This document shows, piece by piece, positions 42,708 to 56,900 of a DNA stretch of 64,000 nt. The translations under genes and the position numbers were made by a program. The stretch comes from Paraspadella gotoi (lineage: Eukaryota > Animalia > Chaetognatha): the NCBI GenBank assembly GCA_051294375.1, contig CM119263.1:3556785-3620784 (forward strand). The letters are read 5' to 3'. The stretch's first letter is position 1. Each line of letters starts with the position of its first letter. The notes beneath the pieces were generated by a model. It made no database searches and was not told the DNA's origin. It saw nothing but the letters and a program-made list of their open reading frames with translations.

Positions 42708-45700
42708 CGTCGGCGGAGGAAGCGGCCGAGACGAGGGAGACACGGGGGCGGCAGCGGCGGCGACGGCATCGGCGCGTCGTTGGCGGGGTGGGCGCGGGCC
42801 GTAGTAGCCGGCGGCAGCGTAGCGAACACTTTTTAAAGCGAAGTCCAGTTTTAAAAGGCTTCTGCCAATTGTCAAGGGATTGAAAAACACCTTGGACTTT
42901 TTTTACTCTCCTCTCTTCTCTCCTTCCTCTCTCTCCTCTCTCTTCCTCCGTCTCCTCTCTCTTCTCTCTCTCCTCTCTTTCTTTCTCGCTCTTTGTTGAA
43001 TGTAACGAGTGCTGAAAGTTGCCCACCAATTATGGACGTTTCGTCCATTTGATTAACGAATGATCCAGTTGATCATCCCTGGAATTTCCACCAACACAAT
43101 GTTTCATGCCTTAAATGAGTGTTTGTTTTTTTTTGCATATGAAAGATAATGATTCGAAACTTTCATACCTACAGCTTTCTGCTTCGTCTCAAACTTCGTT
43201 TTTATTAAAATAGTGGTGGATACAGTAAATCCCGGTAGATTCAAAAAACCAAATAATATTTTCACAAAGGCAACCTCAGGCTCCATAAGTAAAAATTAAA
43301 TATACACTGCTTGTAGGGCTGTGTTAACTTATCCTTTGGGCTTACCTGATTTTAAATATACTAGATCGTTTAAAATATTTTGGTTCGGTCTTTTTTTCAT
43401 TTTTCTTTGTTTTTCTCTCATCTTTCCTCCGAAACGCTTCGTATTTGATGTTTTCACTTTTTACCTCTTAAAAGTGCGCCGCGCAAGTTTCAGCTCCGCT
43501 CCAACCCTCGCTGCCACTTTTTTATAACTCCACATTCCACGCCTCCAGCATCACCATTATTCACTTCGCCGAGTTCCTAAGCCTCAAACTTGGAACCATG
43601 GCCTTTCATCGGTTTTCAGGTTCCCCAAAGCGTCTTATGTGCCGAGTAGGCCTCACGTTCTCATTACACCCCTTTAGCCCATCTTTCTCTTTCCGAACCC
43701 AGTTAAAAACCAACTCCAGCTATTCGCACCACTAAGCGCTCCCTGCACAATCGAATGCTCCACTGCAACCCCATTGAGATCGCCTTTTTTCCATCCCACC
43801 CTTTAGTATCGCCTCCACGAAATCAGGAGAGTTCGCAGAAGCCAAGTGAGAGATCCCCCGACGTGGCCTGGCTGCGCATAAGTTTTTTCTCCCCCCACGG
43901 AATCCAAGGGAAGGAAAAGGCTTTTTCTCGCTTTCTTTACTTTTTTTTAGCCTTTTCTTGCTCTTTGTTTTTCAAGCTTTTTTCTTTGTTTTTTTTTTTT
44001 CGCAGGTTCTTTTGCAAAAGAAAAGGGGATGTCAATGAAGCGCTTAATTCGCTTGCGCATGCGAACAGAAAAGAAGTGAGGGACCATTCAGCTGCATCTC
44101 TTTTATGAAAAGGGTGATAGATTCTTTTTTGTAAGGTTGTTTTCCGAATCCGGTTAATATTTTTTTATTTGCAAAAGCGCTTAAATAAGAAATAACGATA
44201 TTACAAACTTTCTTTAAAAATATATAGAGTAATACAATATTACGGTTATGTTTTTTTTCTCAATAAATTTTACCTAAAACGGGAGGTTTTAACGACGAAT
44301 TTTATTTTCTCCATTTTCCCACGAACTAACAAATGTTTTCTCAATTTCCCGCATGGAATTATAAAAATATGAAAAAAAAAAAACCTTCGTTCTTTCGCAC
44401 GGAACCAAAAAAAAAAAAAGAAAAAAATCGTCGCCGACTACCAACTCATGATATATCTTCTCTCAGTCCAGCAGAGAATGAGAGAATGGTTTAGAATGCC
44501 TTTTTTTTTTCCTCTCTGACCAAATTCTGGTCGGGAAAAAATGCCCTTTCATATGCTGGTTTTTTCCTTTTCGTTATAATACTATATAATCACATTATTA
44601 ATTTTCTTGTTTTGATTTTTCTTTATTATTTTCCCTTACTTTTTCCAAGTTTTAAGTAATGAACTTGGTACTTACTAATTATAAAAAAATTATCAATTTT
44701 ATTTAATAAAATAAGCTGAATTTTTCCTCTGCGATGTTTATTTTTTCCCATATTCCTCCACTCTTCTCTTTATCTTTCATCTTACATCTCCTTTCTATTT
44801 CTTTCGACCGCGTGCATTTCCTCTTATCTTCACATCTTTCCTCTCTCTACTCTCTCTTTCTTATCTTCTTGTCTTTTTTTTTCTGCTCATTAATATTTTC
44901 TCCTCTTCCTCTCTTTCTCATAATTTCCCTCTTTTTCTCCCTGTTCTTCCCCCTCTCCATTTTTCCACCCCCCTTCTAAATTCACTTCACGATTCCACAT
45001 TCTTGTTCTCATTTTTCTCTCCTTTTTCTCGTCTGCCTGGGAGATTCGGGCGCCATAAAATCCTTGCTCCTCTTTCATTTTTCCCTTGTGGCCACCGCAA
45101 ATGTCGGTAGCGTACCTTTTCTATTTCCTCTCTTTACTGTTATCTCTACTTCTCTTCTGATTCGCTGTTATTTATCTTATGGGCTTTCACTTAGGTATAA
45201 TTACGACTCTGTATCTTCTACATACTGTGACTGATATAAAACAGAATATATATCTTTGAAAACAAACTGTTTATGAAATTCTAGTTCGTCCATTTTTCTC
45301 TCGTCCGCATTTTTTTCCCTCAAAACTTTTCTGTTTTTGTTCCCATTTTGTTCTATCTTTCTCTTTCTTCATTCTTTCCTTTTTTCTCTTTCTTTCCTCC
45401 TCGCTTCGTCCGATTCTCGATTGCGTAGGAGGTTTGTCCTTTGCTTAAATATTTTTTCTTTAGAACTTTAGATAATCTTATTTTTTTTTAATGAAAAATG
45501 TTTGTTTTACAGTCGCCAAGTAGGCGTCATTACATGTGAGAATTTTTTTCATCTTCTTTTTTTTTCCTCTTTTTTCTATCTCTCGTTTCCTATGTTCCTC
45601 TTTTTCTCTTTATCTTTCTCATTTTCTGCTATTTCTCTCTTTTTTTCTCTTTCTCCACTTTCCCCTCTTCCCCTCTTTCCCTCTTCTCTCTATGTTACTT

Positions 45701-47330
45701 TCCCTCTTTCCGTCTTCCTTTTAATTCTCCACTCACGCTTTCAATTATATTTTTTTCTCTTCATTTTTTTTCTCGTTTTTACTCCTTCACTTGTAAATTC
45801 TATTCCTCCCTTGCTCCTCTATTTTTTATTTTTATCTGTTCTCGTAAATTTCCCCTGATTTTTGATTCCGAGTTTTCCTTTCTTTTCTTGTTTCTCATCT
45901 TCTCTTCGTGGTTTTCTTCTTTCTTTTATTTGTTCCTATTTTTTTTAATGTAATGCTTAAATTTAGTTTTTCAACTCCCGTTATTTTTAATTTCATTCTT
46001 CCTCGTAGTAACGTATAAAGTCTAGTATAAATTTAATAAAAGTCTCCGTAGCTGCATTTTCCAATTTTTTCTTTGTCTTCTTTTATTTATTTTTGTCTTT
46101 TTAGTTCCTGCTGTGTTTTCTTTGTCAATACATCGTGCCATTCTATCTTCCTGTTTCAATAATCTGACGTCTCATCGCTCTCTCTGTTAGCTCCTCCGCG
46201 TGCCACCTTTTCTGTCTGTAGTAAGGCCTCTAGTTGTTTTCTTTGGCTAACCGGGCATATCCAGATGTTTATCCGGTTTTCAAGTCATCCTTTATTTTCC
46301 CTCGACATTAAATCACGAGTACAAACATATATAAAATTAATAAGCAATATTGCCCACTTTGGACAGGTTATGAGGTTATAGGTTATGTATATTAAGATTA
46401 TAACAAATCAGGGCCCTGCAACCTTTAAAATTCTCTCTCAGAGTCGGGGCTTCATATGATTGTTATAGTATTAATATCTTGTTATTGAATTATTACCGCG
46501 CTTTAGCAATGAGAGTTAAAAATGAAAACTGCCATTTCAATACATGAATCAAAAGTACACTCTATGTCAATCTACCGTGTCATGTCAAGTCCTGCCCTAC
46601 TGTTAATCCACCGGTCAAAGTCGTCCTCTTTCGCCCCGCCCTTGCGCCTTGCCACGCCCTTGGATTCCATCGCATTCTCCTCGCGCTTCTTCCTTTCATT
46701 TGGATTCCTGGTATTCGATTTCATGAGCGCTCTTTCTGTCTTCCTCCCCTCTCTCCTCTCTCTCTCTCTCTCATCTCTCTCCCTTCTTCTCTCTTCCGTC
46801 TCCGCTCCCTGTTCCCCCCTCTCTCCTCTCTCTCTTCTCTCTCCTCTCTCTCTTCTTTCTCTCTCTCCCTGCCACTCAACTTCATTGCCACACTCAAACC
46901 AGATCCAATTCTTCTCTGAATGCAAATTCTATAAATAGATCTGCCACTTTTTTTTTTTCCAAAAGCGGACGGGGCATCTGTTCTAATATTTTAAATAGAT
47001 AGCATTACAACCAAATATCCAGAAAATTGTAATGTATAATGGGCTCTTTTTCCCGAAGCCCTCAACTTAATTTTAATCCTAATTTTCTACCATAATATGT
47101 TACTAAACCCATATGTTACCCATATTTTACTTAAGAGTGATGGAAGCTTTAAACCACCAAAGCCTGTCAAAAGTCAGGGGCTAGATAGCTTATTTATTAA
47201 ATGAATAGATAATTTTTATATGTTTTATCACCATTTCATAATACGAACATCATAATAATTCACCGCGATTGTTGAAACCTATTCTTTCGAATTTCCCAGC
47301 AGAAAACATCGATTCACAAGAAAAAATCTT
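42708..47330 (-). repeat. Inverted duplicate of 50050-53955 plus ~58560-58950 (probable chimeric-read artefact)
   Basis: For example, 47150-47220 is the exact reverse complement of ~50155-50225, and 42990-43100 of 53855-53955; indel-rich. Confidence 0.8.
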
Positions 47331-47892
47331 AAAAGCATAAAGATCGAGCCGCTTTCGATAGTAACCAAATATTGAGTGCGATGATAACCGAAATATTTGA
47401 TGCGATGATAACCAAATATTACGCGAAATGATAAACCAATAATTTGATGCGATGATAACAAAATGACTGATGTGATGATAATCAAATGATTGATGCGATG
47501 ATAGTCATTCATTGATATGATGATAATCATTCATTGTATACGATGATAGTCATTCATTGATGCGATGATAGTGATTCATTGACGCGCTGAATCATTCATC
47601 GTAAATAAAACAAACAAATGCGTGTCATGAGTGAAAGAGAGAGAGATGAGAGAAGAGAGAGAAGAGAGAGAGAGAGAAGAGAGAAGAGAGGAGAAGAGAG
47701 AGCGAGAGAGAGAGAGGCATGGACAGTTTTTCCCCGCCAACGAAACGCATTATTAGGTCTCTCTCGTTTATATTAAAGAATAATCAGAAATTTTTAGAAA
47801 AAAATCCACGAAAATCTCGGATGTAAATTGTGATTTTGTATTTGAGAAAAAAGCGCGGAATAAATTGGCGATAATTAAAAGTTTTTAGAAGG

Positions 47893-47923
<31 letters not shown>

Positions 47924-50900
47924 CAATGAGAATCTGAGAGGGAGAGAGACAGAGAGAGAGAAAGAGAGAGAGAGAGAGAAAGAGGAGGGAGAGTGAGAAA
48001 GGAGAGAGAGAGAGAGTTTTCCCACAAACGAGACTGCATTAATTAAGGTCCACTCTCGTTTATATCGGTTATCGTGTCAGCCTCGCAACGGCGTCGTGAA
48101 ATTGGGTCTATGTTGCATTTTTTTTTAATACACGTTAACGCGTTATTAGGTCATGTTGCCTCGACATTGATTTACTTGTTGCTTCCGCAAACGACCACGA
48201 AATCTAGTTAAGTAAGTTATTTTATTTTGGGATTTTTTGTATTGAGATAAAATAAAAGATGGCGATTAATAAAAATTTTTAGAAGGAAAAAAATCCACGA
48301 AAATCTCGGAATAAATGTGGCGATAAAAAGTTTTTAGAAGGAAAAAAAGAGAAGAGAAGAGAAGAGAGGAGAGAGGAGAGAGAGAGAGGAGAGAGAGAGA
48401 GAAAGAGAGGATAGAGAGAAAAAAAGATTGTGTCTTTTTTTGGAAGAAACCAGGACCGGAGCGTCAAATTTATATATTTGCATATTTTAATTAATTTATA
48501 AATAGTTATCACAACTCAAATAATTATTATTTAAAAAAAAGTTAAAAATATGGATTATAATACTATACACTAAAAAATAGTTTATAAATTTAATAATAGT
48601 ACAAATTATCAGAATAACAAAAAAGGAATGTTTAATTTGAGCTATATCTTCTCTTATCAACTCCTATTTTAGAAGTATAATTTGCCAAATAGTGGGCCAA
48701 CCGTCCAAAGTGCAATAATAAATTAAAACAAATTTTTTTTTTTATAATGTGATGCATGCAATTATATTATTCGTGCCCGAAAGGTGTCATATATAATAGG
48801 TCAATTAGCTGATTTTATATGTGATAATGCATATCATTAGAATTATTCTTTCATTTTTTTTAAAAATACCGAGAGAGAGAGAAGAGAGAGAGATAGAAAA
48901 AAGAAAAACGATTTCTTTCCAATTATATCTCAGATATTAAATTTGGGATTTTGTAGTTGAAAAAAAAGCCGCGGATAAATTGGCGATAATAAAAGTTTTG
49001 AGAAGGAAAAAAATAATGCAGATTTTCAAAAAACGAACGATCGTACAGAGTTGAGAGAGACGAAGTCACAGAAAGAGAGAGAAAGGAGCAGAAAGAGAAA
49101 GAGAGACAAAGAGACAGAAAGAAAGAGAAAGCTGGAAGCCAGCTTGAACAGTCACTGCAGAACCTGAACTCGTTTTTTAAGGGTTCAAGAAAAAAGCAGC
49201 AAAACTGACAAATATAGAAAGAAAAATCTATATATAATTTTAAAGAAATAAAAGGAAAGGCCCCAAAATATGTTACCAATTGTTTACAATTGGAAATTTT
49301 TCCAATTTTTTTCCAATCGCAGCTTGGTAAAAGATTTAATTTAATATTTGCTATTAAATTAAAGATATAGCTTCTTTCTCTTACATAAAAAATCCTTTGA
49401 GTTTCCCCATTTTTTATTAAAAAATTTAAAACAAATTTTTGAATTTCATCTTCAATATTTATTATACTGGGCCATATGTAATTAGATTTAAAGCCATTGT
49501 TATATACTAAATGTTGGATATGTATAAGGAAGTACTTTCAATCTATTTGCATATTGCAGTAAATCATTAATGAAGTGGAAAATTCAAACAAAAGAATACG
49601 TTAAATCAAATGTTAATATGAAAATATCACAGCTATTTCAAGATGAAGAAGCCATAATCTAAAATATTTAACGTTAACTATGCATCGCACACTTTTGTAA
49701 AACTTGTATCATAATTCATAATAATTTTATTTTTAAAAAAGTCGCAGCCAAACCCATGAAAAAGCGTAGTTAGTTTTTTATCATATGAAAACAGCGTGAC
49801 GGACGAGCGACGACGACGTCGACGACGACTACGTCAACGTCACAAAGGAAGCAACCCTAAAACAATTATAGGCTGACCCGGCTCGCCGGTCAAGGCTCGA
49901 TAAAAAACGTGAATCGCCGTGAAAATTGCAAAAAAGAAATAAGTGAAGAGATATAAAAAAGGAAGAATCTTCGTGCCGTGACTCTCGCGAATTTGTTGAT
50001 CTCGCATTCACATCACTTTTTCGCATTTTCAGTGGGTATTTTTACTTTTTTCTTGTGAATCGATGTTTTCTGCTGGGAAATTCGAAGAATAGGTTCAACA
50101 ATGCGGTGAATTTTATGATGTCGTATGTATGAAATTGGTAAAACATATAAAAATTATCTATTCATTTAATAAATAAGCTATCTAGCCCCTGACTTTTGAC
50201 AGGCTTTGGTGGTTTAAAGCTTCCATCACTCTTAAGTAAAATATGGGTAACATATGGGTTTAGTAACATATTATGGTAGAAAATTAGGATTAAAATTAAG
50301 TTGAGGGCTTCGGGAAAAAAGAGCCCATTATACATTACAATTTTCTGGATATTTTGGTTGTAATGCTATCTATTTAAAATATTGAACAGATGCCCCGTCG
50401 CTTTTAAAAAAAAAAGTGGCAGATCTATTTATAGAATTTGCATTCAGAGGAGAGAATTGGATTGGTTTTGAGTGTGGCAACTGAAGTTGAGTGGGTGGTG
50501 GGAGAGAGAGAGAGAGAGAAGAGAGATGGAGAGAGAGAGAGATGAGAGAGAGGCGAGAGAGAGAGAGAGAGACAGAAGAGCTCATGAAATCGAATACAGG
50601 AATCCAAATGAAAGGAAGAAGCGCGAGGAGAATGCGATGGAATCCAAAGGGCGTGGCAAGGCGCAAGGCGGGGCGAAAGAGGACGACTTGACACGGTGGA
50701 TTAACAGAGCAGGACTTGACACGGTAGATTGACATAGAGTTCTTTTGATTCATGTATTGAATGGCAGTTTTCATTTTTAACTCTCATTGCTAAAGCGCGA
50801 CGGCGTATAATTTCAATACAATATTATACTATAACAATCATATGAAGCCCCGACTCTGAGAGAGAATTTAAAGGTTGCAGGCCCTGATTTGTTATCATCT

Positions 50901-53900
50901 TAATATTACCTATAACCTATAAAAAAAAAAAAAAACCCCCCCTTCATAACCTGTTCCAAAGTGGCAATATTGCTTATTATTTTATATTGTTTGTACCGAT
51001 TTAATGTCGAGGGAACAAATGAAAGGATGACTTGAACCGGATAAACATCTGGATGCCCGGATGCAAAAAACTAGAGAGACGCTACAAACTGACACGAAAG
51101 ATTGATAGAGAGCGAGATGAGTAGAATGGGACACGCGAGTGTATTTGGACAAAGAAAAAGAGAAAACCAAAATAAGACAAAAATAAATAAAAAGAACAAA
51201 GAAAAAATTGAAAGCGCGAGATTTATTAAATTTATACTAGACTTTATACGTTACTACGAGGAGAATGAATTAAACGGTTTGAAAACTAAATTTAAGATTA
51301 CATTAAAAAAAATAGGAACAAATAAAAGAAAGAAGAAAACACGAGAGAAGATGAGAAAAAGAAAGAAAGAAAAAACTCGGAATCAAAAATCAGGAAATTA
51401 CGAGAAAAGATAAAAATAAAAATAGGAGGAAAGGGAGGAATAGATTTACAAGTGAAGGAGTAAAACGAGAAAAAAATGAGAGAAAAAAATATAATTGAAA
51501 GCGTGAGTGGAGATTAAAGGAGACGGAAAGAGGGAAAGATAGAGAGAAAGAGGGAAAGAGGGAAAGAGGGAAAGTGAGAAAGAGAAAAAGAGAGAAATTG
51601 AGAAAGAGAGAAAGAGAAAAAGAGGAACATAGGAAAAGAGAGATAGAAAGAAAGAGAAAAAAAAAGAAGATGAAAAAATTCTACATGAATGACGCCTACT
51701 GGCGATGTAAAACAACATTTTTCATTAAAAAAAAATAAGATTATAAAGTTAAAGAAAAATATTTAACAAAGGACCTCCTACGCAATCGAGAATCGGACGA
51801 AGCGAGAGAAAAGAAAGAGAAAATAAAGGAAAGATGAAGAAAGAGAAAAGATAGACAAATGGGAACAAACAGAAAAGTTTTGGAGGGAAAAAAATGGGAG
51901 AGAAATGGACGAAGAATTCATAAACGAGTTTGTATTCAAGATATATATTCTGTTTTATTCAGTCAAGTATGTAGAAGAACAGAGTCGTAATTATACTAAG
52001 TAAAGCTAAGTAAATAACAGCGAATAGAAGAGAAGTAGAGATAAGTAAAGAGAGGAAATAGAAAAGTACCACCGACATTTGCGGTGGCCCAAAGGGAAAT
52101 GAAGAGGAGGCAAAGGATTTTAGTGGCGCCCGAATTCAGGCAACGAGAAAAAGAGAGAAAATGAGAACAAGAATGGAATCGTGAGTGAATTAGGGGGGGG
52201 TGAAAAAGGAGAGGGGGAGAAGGGAGAAAAGAGGGAAATTATGAGAAGAGAGGAAGAGGAGAAAATATTAATGACAGAAAAAAAGACAAGAAGATAAGAA
52301 AGAGGAGTAGAGAGAGGAAGATGTGAGATAAGAGGAAATGCGTCGAAAGAAATAGGAAAGGAGATGGAAGATGAAAGATAAAGAAAGAGTGGAATATGGG
52401 AAAAATCTCGAGAGGAAAAATTCAGCTTATTTATTAAATAAATGGATAATTTTTTATATTAGTAGTACCAAGTTCATATTAAATTGGAAAAAGATAAGGG
52501 AAAATAATAAAGAAAAACAAAACAAGAAAATAATAATGCTAATATTATTATAGAAAAGGAAAAACCAGGATATGAAAGGGCATTTTTTCCCCGACCAGAA
52601 TTTTGGTCAGAGAGGAAAAAAAAGGCATTTACCATCTCTCATTCTCTGTGACTGAGAGAAATATATGAGTTGGTAGTCGGGACGATTTTTTTTTTTTTTT
52701 TTTGGTTCCGTGCGAAAGAACGAGGTTTTTTTTCTATTTTTATAAATCCATCGGGAAATTGAGAAAATATTTGTATTCGTGGGAAAAATGGAGAAAATAA
52801 AATTTCGTGTTAAAACCTCGTTTTGAGGTAAATTTATTGAGAAAAAACTAACGTATAATATTGTATTACTCTAATTTTTAAGAAAGTTGTAATATCGTTA
52901 TTTTATTTAAGCTTTTGCGAATAAAAAAAAATATTAACCGATTGGAAACACTGACAAAAAGAATCTATCACCCTTTTCATAAAGAGATGCAGCTGAATGT
53001 CCTCACTTCTTTCTGTTTCGCTGCGCAAGCGAATTAAGCGCTTCATTGAAATCCTTTTCTTTTTGCAAAAGACCTGCGAGAAAAAAAAACAAAGAAAAAA
53101 GCTAAAAAAAAGCAAAGAAAAAAAGCTAAAAAAAAAGTAAAGAAAGCGAGAAAAAGCCTTTTCCTTCCCTTGGATCCGTGGGGGGAAAAAAACTTTGCCA
53201 GCCAGGCACGTCGGATTCCTCTTGGTTCTGCTCTCCTTGATTTCGTGGAGCGATTTTAAAGGGTGGGATGGAAAGGCGTCTGGGGTGCAGTGGAGCATTC
53301 GATTGTGCAGGAGCGCTTAGTGGTGCGATAGCTGGAGTTGGTTTTACTGGTTCGAAAAGAAAGATGGGCTAAAGGGGTGATGAGAATGAGCTACTCCGGC
53401 ATAAGACGCTTTGGGGACCTGAAAACGTGAAAGCCTGGTTCCAAGTTGAGCTTAGGACTCGGCGAAGTGATATGGTGATGTGGAGCGGTGAAGTGGAGTT
53501 ATAAAGTGGAGCGAGGTGGAGCGGAGTGAAACTTGCGGCGATTTAAGAGTAAAAAGTGAAAATCAAAATCGCGTTTCGGAGGAAGATGAGAGAAAAACAA
53601 AGAAAATTGAAAAACCGAACCAAAATTTTACTCTAGTATATTTTAATCAGTAGCCCAAAGGATAAGTTAACACAGCCTAACAGCAGTATATTATTTTTAT
53701 TGGAGCTGAGTTGCCTTTGTGAAAAATATGGTTTTTTGAATCTACCGGGATTTACTGTATCACTATTTTAAAACGAGTTTGAGAGAGCAGAAGCTGATGT
53801 ATGAAGTTCGAATCATTATTTCATATGAAAAAAAAAACACCTCATTAAGCATAAAATTGTTGGTGGAAAATCCAGGGATGATCACTGATCATTCGTTAAT

Positions 53901-53954
53901 CAATGACGAAACGTACATATTGGTGGGCACTTTAGCATCGTTACATTCAACAAA

Positions 53955-56900
53955 GCAGGACTTGACACGGTAGATTGACATAGTGTTCTTTTTTAAACCA
54001 TGTATTGAATGGCAGTTTTTCATTTTTAACTCTCATTGCTAAAGCGGACGGGTATAATTTCAATACAATATTATACTATAACAATCATTATGAGCCCCGA
54101 CTCTTGAGAGAGAATTTAAAGGTTGCAGGCCCTGATTTGTTATCATCTTAATATACATAAACCATATAACCTCATCACCTGCTCCAAAGTGGCAATATTG
54201 CTTATTATTTTATATTGTTTGTACCGATTTAATGTCGAGGGAACAAATGAAAGGATGACTTGAACGCGGATAAACATCTGGATTGCCCGATGCAAAAAAC
54301 TAGAGAGGGACGCTACAAAACTGACACGAAAGATTGATAGAGAGCGAGATGAAGTAGAATGGGACACGCGAGTGTATTTGAAAGAAAAAGATGAAAACCA
54401 AAATAAGACAAAAATAAATAAAAAAGAACAAAGAAAAAAAATTGAAAGCGCCGAGATTTATTAAATTTATACTAGACTTTATACGTTACTACGAGGAGAA
54501 TGAATTAAACGGTTTGAAAACTAAATTTAAGTATACCATTAAAAAAATATAGGAACAAATAAAAGAAAGAAGAAAACACGAGAGAAGATGAGAAAAGAAA
54601 GAAAGAAAAAAACTCGGAATCAAAAATCAGGAAATTACGAGAAAAGATAAAAATAAAAATAGGAGGAAAGGGAGGAATAGATTTACAAGTGAAGGAGTAA
54701 AACGAGAAAAAAATGAGAAAAAAAATATAATGGAAAGCGTGAGTGGAGATTAAAGGAGACGGAAAGAGGGAAAGATAGAGAGAAAGAGGGAAAGAGGGAA
54801 AGAGGGAAAGTGAGAAAGAGAAAAGAGAGAAATTGCAGAAAGAGAGAAAAGAGAAAAAGAGGAACATAGGAAAAGAGAGATAGAAAGAAAGAGAAAAAAA
54901 AGAAGATGAAAAAAATTCTACATGAATGACGCCTACTGGCGATGTTAAAACAAACATTTTTCAATTAAAAAAAAATAAGATTATGAAGTTTAAAGAAAAA
55001 TATTTAACAAAAGGACCTCCTAGGCAATCCAGAATCGGACGAAGCGAGAGAAAAGAAAGAGAAAATAAAGGAAAGATGAAGAAAGAGAAAAGATAGACAA
55101 ATGGGAACAAACAGAAAAGTTTTGGAGGGAAAAAAATGGGAGAAGAAATGGACGAAGAATTCATAAACGAGTTTGTATTCAAGATATATATTCTGTTTTA
55201 TTCAGTCTAGTATGTAGAAGAACAGAGTCGTAATTATACTAAGTAAAGCTTTAGTAAATAACAGCGAAATAGAAAAAACAGAATGGAAAAAGTGAGGTAC
55301 AAAGAGTCAGTGTGAAGTAGAGATAAAGTAAAGAGAGGAAATAGAAAAGTACCACCGACATTTGCGGTGGCCAAAGGGAAATGAAAGAGGAGGCAAAGGA
55401 TTTTATGGCGCCCGAATTCAGGAAACGAGAAAAAGAGAGAAAATGAGAACAAGAATGGAATCGTGAGTGAATATGGGGGGGGGTTGAAAAAGGAGAGGGG
55501 GGAGAAGGGAAAAAAGAGGGGAATTATGAGAAGAGAGGAAGAGGAGAAAAATATTAATGACAGAAAAACGAACAAGAAAGATAGAAAAGGCAGTAGAGAG
55601 AGGAAAGCATGTTGACGATAGAGGAGAAATGCGTCGAAAAAGAAATTAGAAAAGGAGATGGAAGATGAAAGATAATAGAAAGAGGGGAATATGGGAAAAA
55701 TCTCGAGAGAAAAATTCAGCTTATTTATTAAATAAATGGATAATTTTTTATATTAGTAGTACCAGTTCATTATTAAATGGAAAAAGATAAGGGAAAATAA
55801 TAAAGAAAAACCAAAACAAGAAAATAATTAATTGCTAATATTATTATAGAAAAGCGAAAAACCCAGGGATATGAAAGGCATTTTTTTCCCCGACCCAGAT
55901 TTTGGTCAGAGAGGAAAAAAAAGGCATTTACCATCTCTCATTTCTCTGTGACTGAGAGAGAAATATATGCAGTTGGTAGTCGGGACGATTTTTTTTTTTT
56001 CTTTGGTTCCGTGCGAAAGAACGAGGTTTTTTTTCTATTTTTAGAAATCATCGGGGAAATTGAGAAAATATTTGTATTCGTGGGAAAAATGGAGAAAATA
56101 AACATTTCGTGTTAAAACCTCGTTTTTGAGGTAAATTTATGAGAAAAAACTAACGCTATTAATATTGTATTACTCTAATTTTAAAGAAAGTTGTAATATC
56201 GGTTTATGACACAATGAAAAATAACGTGCGCGGAAACCGGTTCTCGTGCTGATTTGTGTTCCCGTTAAATTGTTTCTGAGCCAAAATTATTGCATCATTA
56301 CCTTTTGGTAATATGTGCGATTATACACTACTGCGAACATTTACTGTTCTGACCATAACTCCTTGACCATCAACAAAAAAGCTAACTTTGATCAAAAATA
56401 GTAAAAAAGATGAAGCAATATAGCTCGAAACGCTTTACAAATTCTTAGACCATTGCTTTTATAAATGCAAAAAAAATATTAATATTATTAAAAACAAAAC
56501 TTTAAACAATAACCTAAAGTTAACCGAGACCAAGATGAATATTTTTTACCATTTCATTTCCTTCAATTTATATGAATTCATTTCGTCTTGTAATTAGTCA
56601 TTAATCTACAATAACCAATATGAACAAATTCATCTTTCAATTTTCTTATGAAAATGGAGTTTTCTTCTGCTACTCCAAGTGTCTATTATTTAATATTTTA
56701 AAGGTATTTTTTCAAAAACCTTATATAATTACTATATTCTTTCCACTTTTTCAATTCTTTCAAACAAAAACAACATCATAAAAACAGTTTTAAATTAATA
56801 AAAAAAAATTTGAATTGACATGATTTTGGAAAAAATATATTTTGAAAACTTGGAGAATAATGGATTTATGAGTCAGGAAAAAAATTTTGCAATTCCCTAA

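Noticed and set aside
36000-55600. Numerous Phe/Leu/Ser-rich or ER-repeat ORFs
   Set aside because: Products of purine/pyrimidine tracts and (GA)n microsatellites, not conserved between duplicate copies.
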